From Lingula anatina (taxonomy: Eukaryota; Animalia; Brachiopoda), in assembly GCA_051362555.1 (NCBI GenBank), contig CM120642.1, positions 30,504,001 through 30,568,000 of the forward strand: DNA of 64,000 nucleotides, given 5' to 3'. The notes beneath the pieces are model-generated. The model had not been told where the DNA came from. It did not search any database and was given only the letters and a program-made list of their open reading frames with translations. The position numbers were made by a program, and so were the translations under genes. This document shows, in pieces, positions 13,235 through 24,390 of the stretch (positions within the stretch are counted from its first letter, which is position 1; every line of letters starts with the position of its first letter).

Positions 13235-13915
13235 GCCCCTATTTCACACAGACCACGAATCCCACGAATCGCCAGGAATTGACAAATTTTAGGATTCGTG
13301 AGATTTTGCTAATTTTCTGGTCTTAAATTCGACACGCTCACGATTCACTTACGATACAGGTACGATCGTGTTTTCTAATATTCGTGGGATTCGGCTGGAA
13401 TCGTGAGATTTTGCCAATTTTCTGGTCTTATTCGACACGCTCTACGATTCAGTTACGATACAGGTGCGATAGTGTTACGAATATTAGTGGGATTCGGCTG
13501 GAATCGCACGAATATTGTCCAGAAATTCGCTACGATTTTTTGGAATCGGGAGTTCGCGGCCAAAACTATGAACAGCTCAAAATTTTTGCCACGAATTCCC
13601 GATTGATCTAGAATTGCACGAACTTACTACGATTATATACGAATCTGTTAAGAACTTCACGAACTGATTACGATTCAACCAAATTTTCAATTCCTGGAGA
13701 TTCGTGGGATTCGTGGTCTGTGTGAAATAGGGGCATCAAAGTTTTTGCCACCCATTCCTGTTGGTCAAGAAGTGCAAGAACTGACTACGAATATATATAT
13801 ATATATACGAATCTGTTAAGAACTTCACGAACTGATTACGATTCAACCACGAATCGTGAAATTTGTCAATTCATGGCCATTCGTGGGATTCGTGGTCTGT
13901 GTGAAATAGGGGCAT
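13235..13915. mobile_element. PIF/Harbinger-like MITE with duplicated right end
   Basis: Left TIR ggcccctatttcacacagaccacgaatcccacgaat. Its reverse complement occurs twice (~13700-13735 and ~13880-13915). TAA flanks the left end and the outer right end. Confidence 0.8.
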
Positions 13916-14583
13916 AAGTCCCGTCCTGGATTTTGACCCACTTAATTACTCCGTACGTCAGGCTAGCTCTGATTGTATCAGTCACCATATGTGTGTATAT
14001 TACACAGAAAGTCGTTTGTGTTCTACTTTTCTTTACTGTAACTTATTGAAATGCTATTGTTGAGGTGGCCATTACTCATCAAACATTGTTGCTTATACCG
14101 TGTAAATGCATTTGCACGGATTTTTTCCACGACTTCTCCACAAAATAGTTTTTCATATTCATTGAATGATCTCATTTATATAGAGTAGTGCTTAGCTTGT
14201 TCGGCAAGGCATTTTTGGTTCTTTTGTTGACGTCATAGACCTACATAAAACATTTCCAAAGCCATTTTTTATATTTGAAAGCCCTGTAATAGCACACAAT
14301 TAAATTCCCGTGTATATATTTAAATCGTAAAAAGAAAAAAACAGCACTTCAAGGTTGAAAAGTAAAATATACATCAGCAAAGGCTATAATGTTGCTGGTC
14401 CGTCTACAAACGAAGAACAGCTTGTCATCCGATTCCTTGGACTGGGTTGGTCTCTCTATGCATTTACATGTATTATTATTACATTTACATCTATTACTCT
14501 ATAAATAACGTTGATATTTGCACTAAGGCCACCCACTCACACCCACTCACGCAAAATGCTTCTAAAATTATACGATCACTTTC

Positions 14584-16104
14584 TTATTTCCAAAACTGCA
14601 CTTTTTCCACAATTGTGTTCAAATCGATTTCTCCTTTCCTCCAGAAATAGACGGCCACGGCGATCATGGCCAAGACAGCACTGATCCCAAGGATGGAAGG
14701 TAACTTTTTCTTCACCAGGGGGAGAAAAATTCCCAGAAATGGGTTAAACTCACACACAGCTTTGTAAACGTCGTTTTTCTTGAGGCGGTGAAAGTAAGCC
14801 TCGATATTTGGCCGTTTTCCATTTTTCCAAAACATGTATCCCACACCGGCGCTGTCCAGCCGACCGATCAAAATCGCCAGGTTGACGTCTGCCACTGTCA
14901 TATCAGGGCCACACAGCCAACATTCACCTCAATAAGAAACAGTTATTAATACTTAATGATCTCAGAAATGCACGTCATATTACACAGTTCAAGCATTAAG
15001 TAATTTTGGAAAAATTCCCTTCGAAACGTTAGCCTAATAACTAAACTGGACTATTCAACAACAAAGAAAATTGTATCTGTGCATATATTACACCATTCGT
15101 CACTTCTGAAGTATTATATCAATTTGAACATTAATAAATTTGAAAAGTAACCTTTCTTTACACACCTTCTTTTCTCTTTCCTAATGTGTCATCCAGTTCA
15201 TCCAAGACGTTTTGCGCTCCATCTATCGCTCTTTGAACCGTGGCCTCATCTCGAAATTGCGCATAGAATTCGCTCAGGTCCTTTTCCTTCTGGATGTACA
15301 CATCTTCAAGGTCTGGCGATTTAGCTTTATATCTCTCTAAAAACGGAGTGTATTGTCCCATGCTTTTAGCTAAAACATAAAATGGAATCAAAAAAGTAAA
15401 TCGATAATAGATTTGCATCACTCACCATTTTCGACAGTTGTACTGCATTTGAGAAAACGTAAAAGAAATTTCGTTGAAAACAAAAACTGTAAAACTGGGT
15501 CCACAAAACTTTTAACAGGATTCGATAAAAATTATATTCAAGGAATGGATTAACGTCTTCGGGTGCGCGTCTGCGTAGATGTAATTGTTGATGTTGATGT
15601 AATTGCTGTTAAAAACGCACGGTTAACGTCACTCAACAGGTACCTCTCCACTCCATTAACTTTTGGAATTTCCCGACCAGCATGCCACCTTGCGAGAGAT
15701 GAGGAAAACTTATAATCCCATACGTGATCACTTCGATCTTGATGGAATTGATCAGATCTGTAAACCGGAGTGCTTCCTCTCGCTGCGGAGTCGAGGCTGC
15801 AGGTAACAACTTTGGAGGGGTATCTAAAAATGTCAATGAAACAGATATATGTACACAGTATATATATTTCAGCAGTATCTATAGGCATTCAAAATGTATT
15901 TTGACACACCTGTTCTATGCGACGCATACTGTTGCCTCGTAGTTTAAAATTAAATATCTAACATTGAAGAATCCCAACGGATGTAAAATATTTCGTTATA
16001 CTGACGTCACATATCAGTTGAGAACAATCGCTCCAAAAGTGCACTCTACTTAGCAAATGTTAAGGCGACTTAAACTTTAACTGAACGTGCAAAAAAAAAA
16101 AAAA

Positions 16105-16139
<35 letters not shown>

Positions 16140-17299
16140 AAATTACCATATTCCTTCTCCAGGTATTGCATAATAGCACACGAGTCTGCCAGGTACCCCC
16201 CGCGATGCTTTATGACGGGCACCTGTCCCTTGGGGTTCATCCGCATGTACCATGGCTCGTAGGTTTCTCCAAGAAGAATGTTCACGTATCGGCCCTTGAA
16301 AGGTATACTGCGTGCTCTCAGATAGAACAGCACCTGCAAAGAGAATACATATGCCCTATATGTATACATCTGTGTACATGTATAAGTAACAGCAATTTAA
16401 AATCAGTACCCTGTATCTGCAGTTAAAAAAGATTGGGTATTATGTAAACTGTCAGGAATAACAAAAGCGAGTCTTGTGATTGATATGCCATGACTTTAGA
16501 GTACGTTCCGAACTTTTTCGTTTTCCAAAAATGCAACAGGGTTATGGGGAGTGTGAGGAAAGGAGTGTGATAGGTTGGTTAGACGGAGAAAAATACTGTT
16601 TATCTCAGGAAAATTAGTTTAACATGAGTCTGTCATGAAAAATCCCAATCTGGAGTGTTTAAAACAATCATTTCTGAGACAGATTGCAAAACAACGGAAT
16701 GTTTTAGTTATTAGTTCACATACGGAAGCTACTGGTTGAGAGAATAATTTAAAAAATCTTAGTAACTCCTTTCGCATCGTAAAAGACATTTGCTGAACGA
16801 TAAAGTTGTATATTTAACCACCCCCCCCCCCCCCCCATTTCGTTTAAACAGAGTAATTCCCGTCAGCCGCTATGACTAATATTTGCCAGCGGTTTGATAT
16901 ATATTTTTACAGCACATCTACACTCCTCGTACTACATTATACACCAATTAAACATCCAGGGAGGGAATTCCATACGATGGATGAAAATCTGCATTCCAAG
17001 ATTTTGTGCAGAAAATTTATTGCACATGTATATTGAACATATGCACATACCTTTAGGAGTCACAGATACAAATTAGTGCAGTGATGAAAGTGAGAAGGGG
17101 CAACTTTTAAACGTTTCTCACTTCTTTATGTGTTGGCCCTGCAATATGGATGCATACATTTAAAATTTAAAATCTCATTTATGTACACGTATGTACGTGC
17201 TACTCTGCCCGTTAGTTCGTAAATTATGCAGTTGTCAGGTGTACGGTCTTGTCAGCAAAACATCTGCACACGCTTCACCCTTACGATGTGTGTGTGTGT

Positions 17300-17331
<32 letters not shown>

Positions 17332-17611
17332 TGCACATAAACCCCTAGTTTGGGAAGTTCGTTTTTTCAGCTTGCCCATGACAAATTCGAGTGTGATAAC
17401 AGAGACGTATGTACAGTGACCTTTCTAACTCGGGAGATGTAGGCCAACAGCGACACAACCGCAGCATTTGTTACAGTCAGGACGTATATCAACAACGATC
17501 GATTATTTGCGACAAATGGGTTTGGTTTTAAAGAATATACAAATTTAATCTTACCCTTTGAGAGTAGTAGGATCCAGGAAAATAGTAAAGTGTCAGCTCC
17601 TCAGTAGCCAT
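14584..17611 (-). CDS. GDAP1: GDAP1-like GST-fold, tail-anchored protein, copy B (5 exons)
   Basis: Exons 17611-17555, 16333-16147, 15823-15644, 15369-15166, 14927-14584: MATEELTLYYFPGSYYSQR|VLFYL...YEPWYMRMNPKGQVPVIKH...WLCGPDMTVADVNLAILIGRL...RPNIEAYFHRLKK, then a TM tail. Same intron positions and phases as copy A. Confidence 0.88.
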
Positions 17612-17756
17612 GACTCGGTGATGGTTTGGTAGTAATAAAGAGGTTGGCCGCGTTCGCAAATGACCGCTTTCTGACCCAGTTTCTATTAAAAACACTGCGC
17701 AGAGTCTTACCCTGAGTTCACCTCCATTATAATCAAGAAAAGAAAGAGAGGGACAT

Positions 17757-18001
17757 CAGTGGCGGATTTAGGGGGCAGGAGGGTCCTGACCCCCCCCCCC
17801 CCCCCCCCTTGATTTCTTGATATTAGAAATGTGACTAGCTGGATCATAGTTGTAAACTGTACCAAATGGCACCGTTCGCCCTCCTAAAATACCAAAAATT
17901 TTCGGGTCCCTTCAGCGTGCCCCGCACAGCAAGCCAAGGGGGAAGGGAGGGTCAGCTTCTCATCCGCGGACCCCCTTCAAATAATCGTGGATCCGCCCCT
18001 G
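17757..18001. mobile_element. CAG-terminal MITE with 5-bp TSD (hAT5-like)
   Basis: cagtggcggattt...ggatccgcccctg, flanked by gacat at 17752-17756 and 18002-18006. A reverse-orientation partial relative lies at ~38035-38204. Confidence 0.75.
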
Positions 18002-19044
18002 GACATTCTGGTGGTAGGCCTACATGTAGGGTGCGTTTCCAAAACAAAAAAGTATATCATCTATATCTATATAGTGAAAAGGCAAGCACAGAAACTAGAC
18101 GTGAGGGCATTTGTGCCTAGTCTGTAGAATTACGTACAGTGCTGGGGTCGCGGTAAATGAATAAATTAATAATACTTTTCATTTTCCATGGATACTCCAG
18201 CACGAGTACCAGCCTGTGTGAGCTTGAATTCAATTTAATGCATCTATTAGCTGTACTGTCTATGAAAAAGATATTAGCGGTCCACAATTGTAGGGTACTT
18301 TGTGTAAGAGAGGGTGAGATGGAAGAAAATATACAAGCACTGAAATTTTAAATATGGACATGAAAATGGTTTTAAGACAGCGTATTGAGCATATTAAGAC
18401 AGATTTCCTTCAGTGCCCGTCCCGTATACTGCAGTGTTCGTCTTGGTGTTCAAGGACGGCAAGGCCTCTGTCCCTTCTTTACATAGTCAAATATTTTATT
18501 TCTTTCAATTATTGTCACAGTCAAATTTCTGATTGATCAGGATTTCGGCCAATCAAACCTTACATGAACCATTTCAGTAATTGGCAATGCTTTTACAGAG
18601 CCCCAAAACGATATACTCGGAGCACTACAAGTTTAACAGCAGTGTGTTCACTTTTTCAAAACAGCTAACAGAGTTCCAATTCTGTTGCATTTCAAGGCAC
18701 TTTGGAATTATCACGTCCCGTTGGATGGAGGGATAAAAACATTTTTGCCAAAGGCAAGTCTTGAGCTCAGGATCGAAAATTGCTACCAATTAATGCACTT
18801 CCAGTTTGATTTACAATTGCTTTCTTTTCCAAATTTGTTAAAATTATTTTTCTTTGTCGCTTGCATAGAGACACAGGAAGGAAAAAAACTTCATAAATTC
18901 CACAATGTACATCTTTTTATTATTTTAGTGTAAAATACACCATTCCAGCTTCACATCGCTTTGGTCCTGACAAAAATTCACAGATTCATGACCAATTTTC
19001 ACTTGATGCTTATGAAAAAGTCCACATATATACTATAGTCCACT

Positions 19045-20795
19045 TTACTTCTTCTTGGACACACCCACAGTTCTACCTCTGTGTCCAGTGGTCTTGGTGT
19101 GCTGACCTCTCACACGCAGGCTGAAAATAAATGAAATGTTCCATTTACTAATACATGTATCAATATATAATTTTCACATATTGTTAATTCTTATATAATG
19201 TAAATTGTTTCAATTGGATTCCTTGGAAACGTATTAATGGCCTTAACTGAATAAAACATTTTGCCACATTCACAAGTGAAATTAAGTGTTCTTTTATTTC
19301 AACAACCATCTGTTGTCCAACTACTAAATTTAGACGATGACATCGTTTTTGTATAACCCTCATCCTAATTTAAGAAATTTGTGTTATAAAAACAAATCTC
19401 GTGGCAAATCACTCAGGCAATACTAACTTTAGTATCCCCCTGCTCAGCATTTCAAACCTTAATCACAGAAATACCGAGTCCCCTGTTGGAGCTTCCCACA
19501 AGTATTGAAATATTCAACCCTTTTAGCTTGGACAAGCCACTCTTAAACATTATCAACCTGCCTTACCCCCAGTAGCCCAGTAGTGTCCAAGCCCCCTGTG
19601 CCCCCCACCGCCCCCAAACCTGGCCTTACCCCCAGTAGTGCCTGAGCCCTCTGTGGGCCCTGATCTTCTTCAGTCTCTCCAGATCTTCACGGAGCTTGTT
19701 GTCCAGGCTGTTGGACATGACCTGGGTGTACTTGCCGTCCTTGACGTCCTTCTGTCTGTTCAGGAACCAGTCAGGAATCTTGTACTGGCGAGGGTTGGAC
19801 AGGATGGTCATCATACGCTCAACCTGCAAGTAACCAAGCATCTGGGCTGCAATGTTGAACTGGGATAATTGTTTTAATATCGGCAGTGCATTTGTGGCAT
19901 TTTCACATGATGGAAGGACATTTTGGGGAGGGTGTTTATAGCTTTTTAACACACTGATGGAGTATTGTATCATGAATTATGTATCGAGTTTAAAACTTAT
20001 AACATATGTGCAACAACAGAATTGTAAATTAATAGAGCTGAACACCTACCTCTTCCTCACTGAGCTCTCCGGCCCTCTTGCTGAGGTCAATGTCAGCCTT
20101 TCTGGCACACACGTGTGAGTAGCGGCGACCAATACCCTACAAGTATCACACATAAACTGTTGAACACATTCCCATTAGAATACACAGTAACACAGTGAAT
20201 CAAATAATATACAACAATCTTTATTGTCCATGTCAAAACTACCTCTCTCTCTTCTTTCCCTATTTCTGAACAATTCAAATCAAAATACATTGACTTTGTT
20301 TGATGTTTTAAGGGATAATTAATCCCATACAGTACCAAAAGAACGAGTACACCTGGAAATTGTCTACATGCAACTTACATGATCCAAGATCTAAGGACAA
20401 AACATTTGGCTTTACCACTAGCAATATATTATCTACGGTGTTTTAACAAGTTTGTACAAAAAAATTGGTTTCCTTACTTTGATTGCGGTCATGGCGAACG
20501 CAATTTTGCGTTTGCCATCAATGTTGGTGTTCATCACACGCAAGATGTGCTGGAACTTCTCTGGCAGTACCAACGTCTGAAATGAAACACCATAATACAC
20601 GATTAATTTAGGATAAGCGTGGACATTAAGTACAATAATTTTCACAAAGTGCAATAAACAGGCCTTAAATAAATATATACTCGTGTACTTTATAAACAAA
20701 GTAACTATATGATTGCCATAATTGGCCAGAATCATGTTTCACAGGGACAGATGAAACGGATTTTAGGTTCACTGTTGACTGATTGCACCCACCAT
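19045..20795 (-). CDS. RPS18: 40S ribosomal protein S18 (uS13), 5 exons
   Basis: ATG-only exon 20795-20793, then 20576-20478, 20136-20050, 19823-19630, 19120-19045: [34 protein letters not shown]|GIGRRY...[17 protein letters not shown]...[23 protein letters not shown]|[24 protein letters not shown]. Confidence 0.99.
19377..19495 (-). ncRNA. Candidate intronic box H/ACA snoRNA in RPS18 intron 4
   Basis: Minus strand: 5' hairpin with 11-bp upper stem ctcggtatttc/gaaatgctgag, internal pocket and ctcc/gggg base; H box ATACTA (19435-19430); second hairpin closed by gtta/taac; ACA (19382-19380) plus 3 nt. About 118 nt, in a ribosomal-protein host gene. Confidence 0.6.
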
Positions 20796-20852
20796 CTTGG
20801 CTGCTTGGAAGGAAAAGGAAGTCTTTTACGCATGCGCATATCAACATCCAAC
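20796..20852. promoter_or_regulatory. Compact bidirectional promoter for RPS18/VPS52, with TOP/TCT tract, NRF1-like palindrome and YY1-like motifs
   Basis: Minus-strand pyrimidine tract ttccttttccttcc (20820-20807). cgcatgcgca at ~20829-20838. caagatgg and caacatggc overlap the two ATGs. Confidence 0.75.
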
Positions 20853-22422
20853 ATGGCAGGTCTTGCAGCCGAAGATTTTTCGGACGAGGTAGTTTTGTTT
20901 TGCAGAAACTTTTCGTTTCTTTATTTACACTAAAAACAAAATCACCAAACGTTTAAGTGTATTTATTATGTAAATATGTGCATTAAAAGGATTTCAGTCA
21001 GATCAATGTTTTAGAGGGGACTCCAAAAGTTTGGTGTGGCTTGATTTTTGCGGTTGATCACCGCCCCCCCCCCCCCCCCCCATCCCCTGCATTCTTATTT
21101 GCGACTGTATTGCAGGTCTTTCTGTCTAGCACTGGATGTTACGATGATTCTGTATTCGATTTATGAACTAGTTCAGTTGATCAGTACAAAAAGCAAATGG
21201 GTACTTTGCACTGGTTGTATTGAGGTCTCCAAATAGCTACAAAGCAGTTAACAGTGCTGAATGTTTACCTGTAGTTTACTGTCATTTAATTTCAGATCAT
21301 TGATCCAAATCAGTTACACATGGGGGAACTTGACTTAACTTCAGAAGACTTTCTTCTTGATGAAGTAGATTGTAAGTTATTATAATATCTTACAGTTTTT
21401 ATCAGACTGTAGCCAGCAATTTCAATTTTTTTCTGAAAAAGTGGACCTTTTACCATAAAATAATGCCATATAATAATATAATATAATACACTGTATATTC
21501 TTGTTGTTAAAGAGTGAAGTCATACAAGTAGGTTGTCTGAAGAAAGAATGGCAAACCTCTGTATTTGTTCTGTTTTTTTTGCAGTCCATATCCAGCAAAA
21601 TTTAGAAGATGACATTGTAAGGGAGGCACTCAAAACAGTGAGTTGATGTTTAAGATGTTATGAAAATATGCAGAGATGTATTCAATTTTTATTGTTAAAC
21701 ACATTTTCTGTTTAAAAAATTGAATTATTTTTATTATATTTGTCATGTGTAAATGTATATAATTACTCGTCATAAGTAGATAATTTTTCTAATACTTGTG
21801 AGGTAGTTATAAACATTAGTGTAGTTGATATTCTCTGGTGAGGCTGATATGATGTGTTATTTATACATTCCAGGGTGTTGACCTGAGGCAGTATTCTAAA
21901 CAGGTAGAACAGGAACTTTTAGAAGTGGAAAATGCCTCCATTCAGGACTGTATCCTTTCTTTTCCCAACCAGTGGCTCTATCAATAAGTGCTATTTCAAT
22001 CCTAAACATTGTTGGTATTTTAATCACTCTCTGTTAATAAAGTTAAACATTAAGCAGGAGTAGGTAAAATACATAGAGAAGAAAAAGGAGAAAAATATGC
22101 TTGATGTTTTTTTTATGCTGTCACTTAAAACCCTTGACAAACACAACAGATATTAAAGAAAGTCAGAACATTGCCAGTCTACACACACAGATAACAGCTT
22201 GTGATTCCATATTGGAGGTGAGTTGATCATTTATTTGTGTCATGAACAGGGTTTATTATGACAGAAATCAGTTGCCTTTGAAACTCTGGGTGTCTACTAT
22301 TGGTGCAAACCTATGAACTGTAGTTAGGGTTTTGCCTGTGATTATAGTTACATGGATTCCAAATGGGCAATATTGGATGTTTAAACGATTTCCAAGAGAG
22401 TGCAACTTGCAACTACATTAAA

Positions 22423-22473
<51 letters not shown>

Positions 22474-24356
22474 CCACAAATTTCATTGGAGACTGGATGA
22501 CTCTGGGGAGAAAGCCTTGACAATAACACACACAATTGTTTTTCTTTTCCAGACCATGGAACAAATGCTGCAGAGTTTTCAGACTGACCTGAGCAGCATC
22601 AGCAGTGAGATACAAACTCTCCAGGAACAGTCCATTGCTATGAATATCAAACTCAAGAACAGGCAGGTAAGATGATTTCATGTATTATGAATATACAGTA
22701 TATCAACACATTTTCACTGGGATATATTGGGTCCAATGGTTCAAAACCTGTGGTCTCCACACCTGTCTGTAGTCGGTTGAATGAAATTAGTTAATATTAA
22801 ATTAATTGTCATCGTATTAATTGGTTGTATGATGTCTGCATTTTGTACACAAGGAATTTTGAGTTGAATGTTGTATATTTCAGGCTGTGAGAGGGGAGCT
22901 AAGCCAGTTTGTTGATGAGATGGTAGTCCCAGAGTCCATGATCAAGTAATAAAACAGTTTTTTTAAGTGTAGAATACCTGGAAATACTCTCTTTTTGCAT
23001 AAGTTTGAACTAACATGATTCCTTTTTTTTTGTTTGATTATATTTTGTTTATTATACAAATCATTTCTGAATTAGTGAGATGTTACTTTGTTCTCATTAT
23101 TGTTCAAATATTGCAACTAGTTCAGTATTAAAGGCAATAAAGTGTGAAGATTTTCAGATCATTGCACTTCAGGTGCCTAGATCATTGATGATGTATCACT
23201 TTTGCAGTCATATATTAGACAGTCCAGTGACAGAGAGGGAATTCTTAGAGCAGCTACATGAACTAAACCACAAGATAAACTTTGTAAAAGAGCAATCTTT
23301 TAAAGAGTCAAGATCATGTATGGACGTAAAGGACATACTAGAAAAGCTGAAAATTAAGGTATTTAGTGACAAAGTTTTAATTACTGAAATGTTGAAACAC
23401 AAAAGGAAGGCTGTTTGATTTAAATGATGGTTTATTGTATATAAATTTTATATGATGGTATAATTTGACTTTAATTTCGATAGTCAAATTATTTTAATTT
23501 TTATCAATACTGTAACATTAAAATTGCAGTAAGATCATCCTTTGGGTTTATGATAATACAAGTATAATACTGTGGTAAGTATGAATGACAAGATATGTAT
23601 TCAAAACTACCATATTTATTTTTACACCACTTGCCTATAATATATCATTTCCTTAGGCCATAGCAAAAATCCGAGAGTTCCTACTTCAAAAAATTTACCA
23701 GTTCAAAAAGCCAATGACAAATTATCAAGTGCCCCAGAATGCCATGCTCAAGTTTAGGTGAGGGGTTAACACTGTATGAGTTAACAAAAAATCAAGTTAA
23801 TCAGCGTCCTTGTCTTGTATATGATCAAACTTCTTCATAGAAAAGAACACAGAAATCCATCAAAATCCAATGACTTATGACTATTACTGATAAAGAAAGA
23901 ATATTCTAGTTCTAAAAACTATCTTGAACTGCTTTTAGTCTAACTTTTGATTACCTGATTATTAATTGACTTATGAACTCAGAAGGGACTGTTTTTATTT
24001 TAAGGGTGTGATTGATGGCTTGGTAACTGGCACATTGCATATGTTTCATATTCATATGTGTATTTTCAGGTTTTTCTATGAATTTCTACTGGCCAATGAG
24101 CGACATGTTGCCAAGGAAGTTCGTGATGAATACCTGGACATAATGAGCAAGATTTATTACTCTTATTTCAAAGGATACTCCAGTCGCCTTATGAAACTAC
24201 AGGTAAGTCCTATGGTAGATATTAAAAAGAAAAAAAGGTGATGTCAGAACTGTAACCAGGGGGTGGGGACTGCCCTTTTTGCCAGGAACCAGGCTGCTCT
24301 GCATAAAATTTGATCAAGATGCATAAAAATATCATGGTAAAAGGTCCAGTTTGTTG

Positions 24357-24390
<34 letters not shown>

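Noticed and set aside
19412-19466. Box C/D reading (gtgatta...ctga) of the RPS18 intronic element
   Set aside because: Too short, with a poor C box; the H/ACA fold explains the region better.
20137-20792. Further snoRNAs in RPS18 introns 1-2
   Set aside because: Only partial hairpins; no convincing complete box set by eye.
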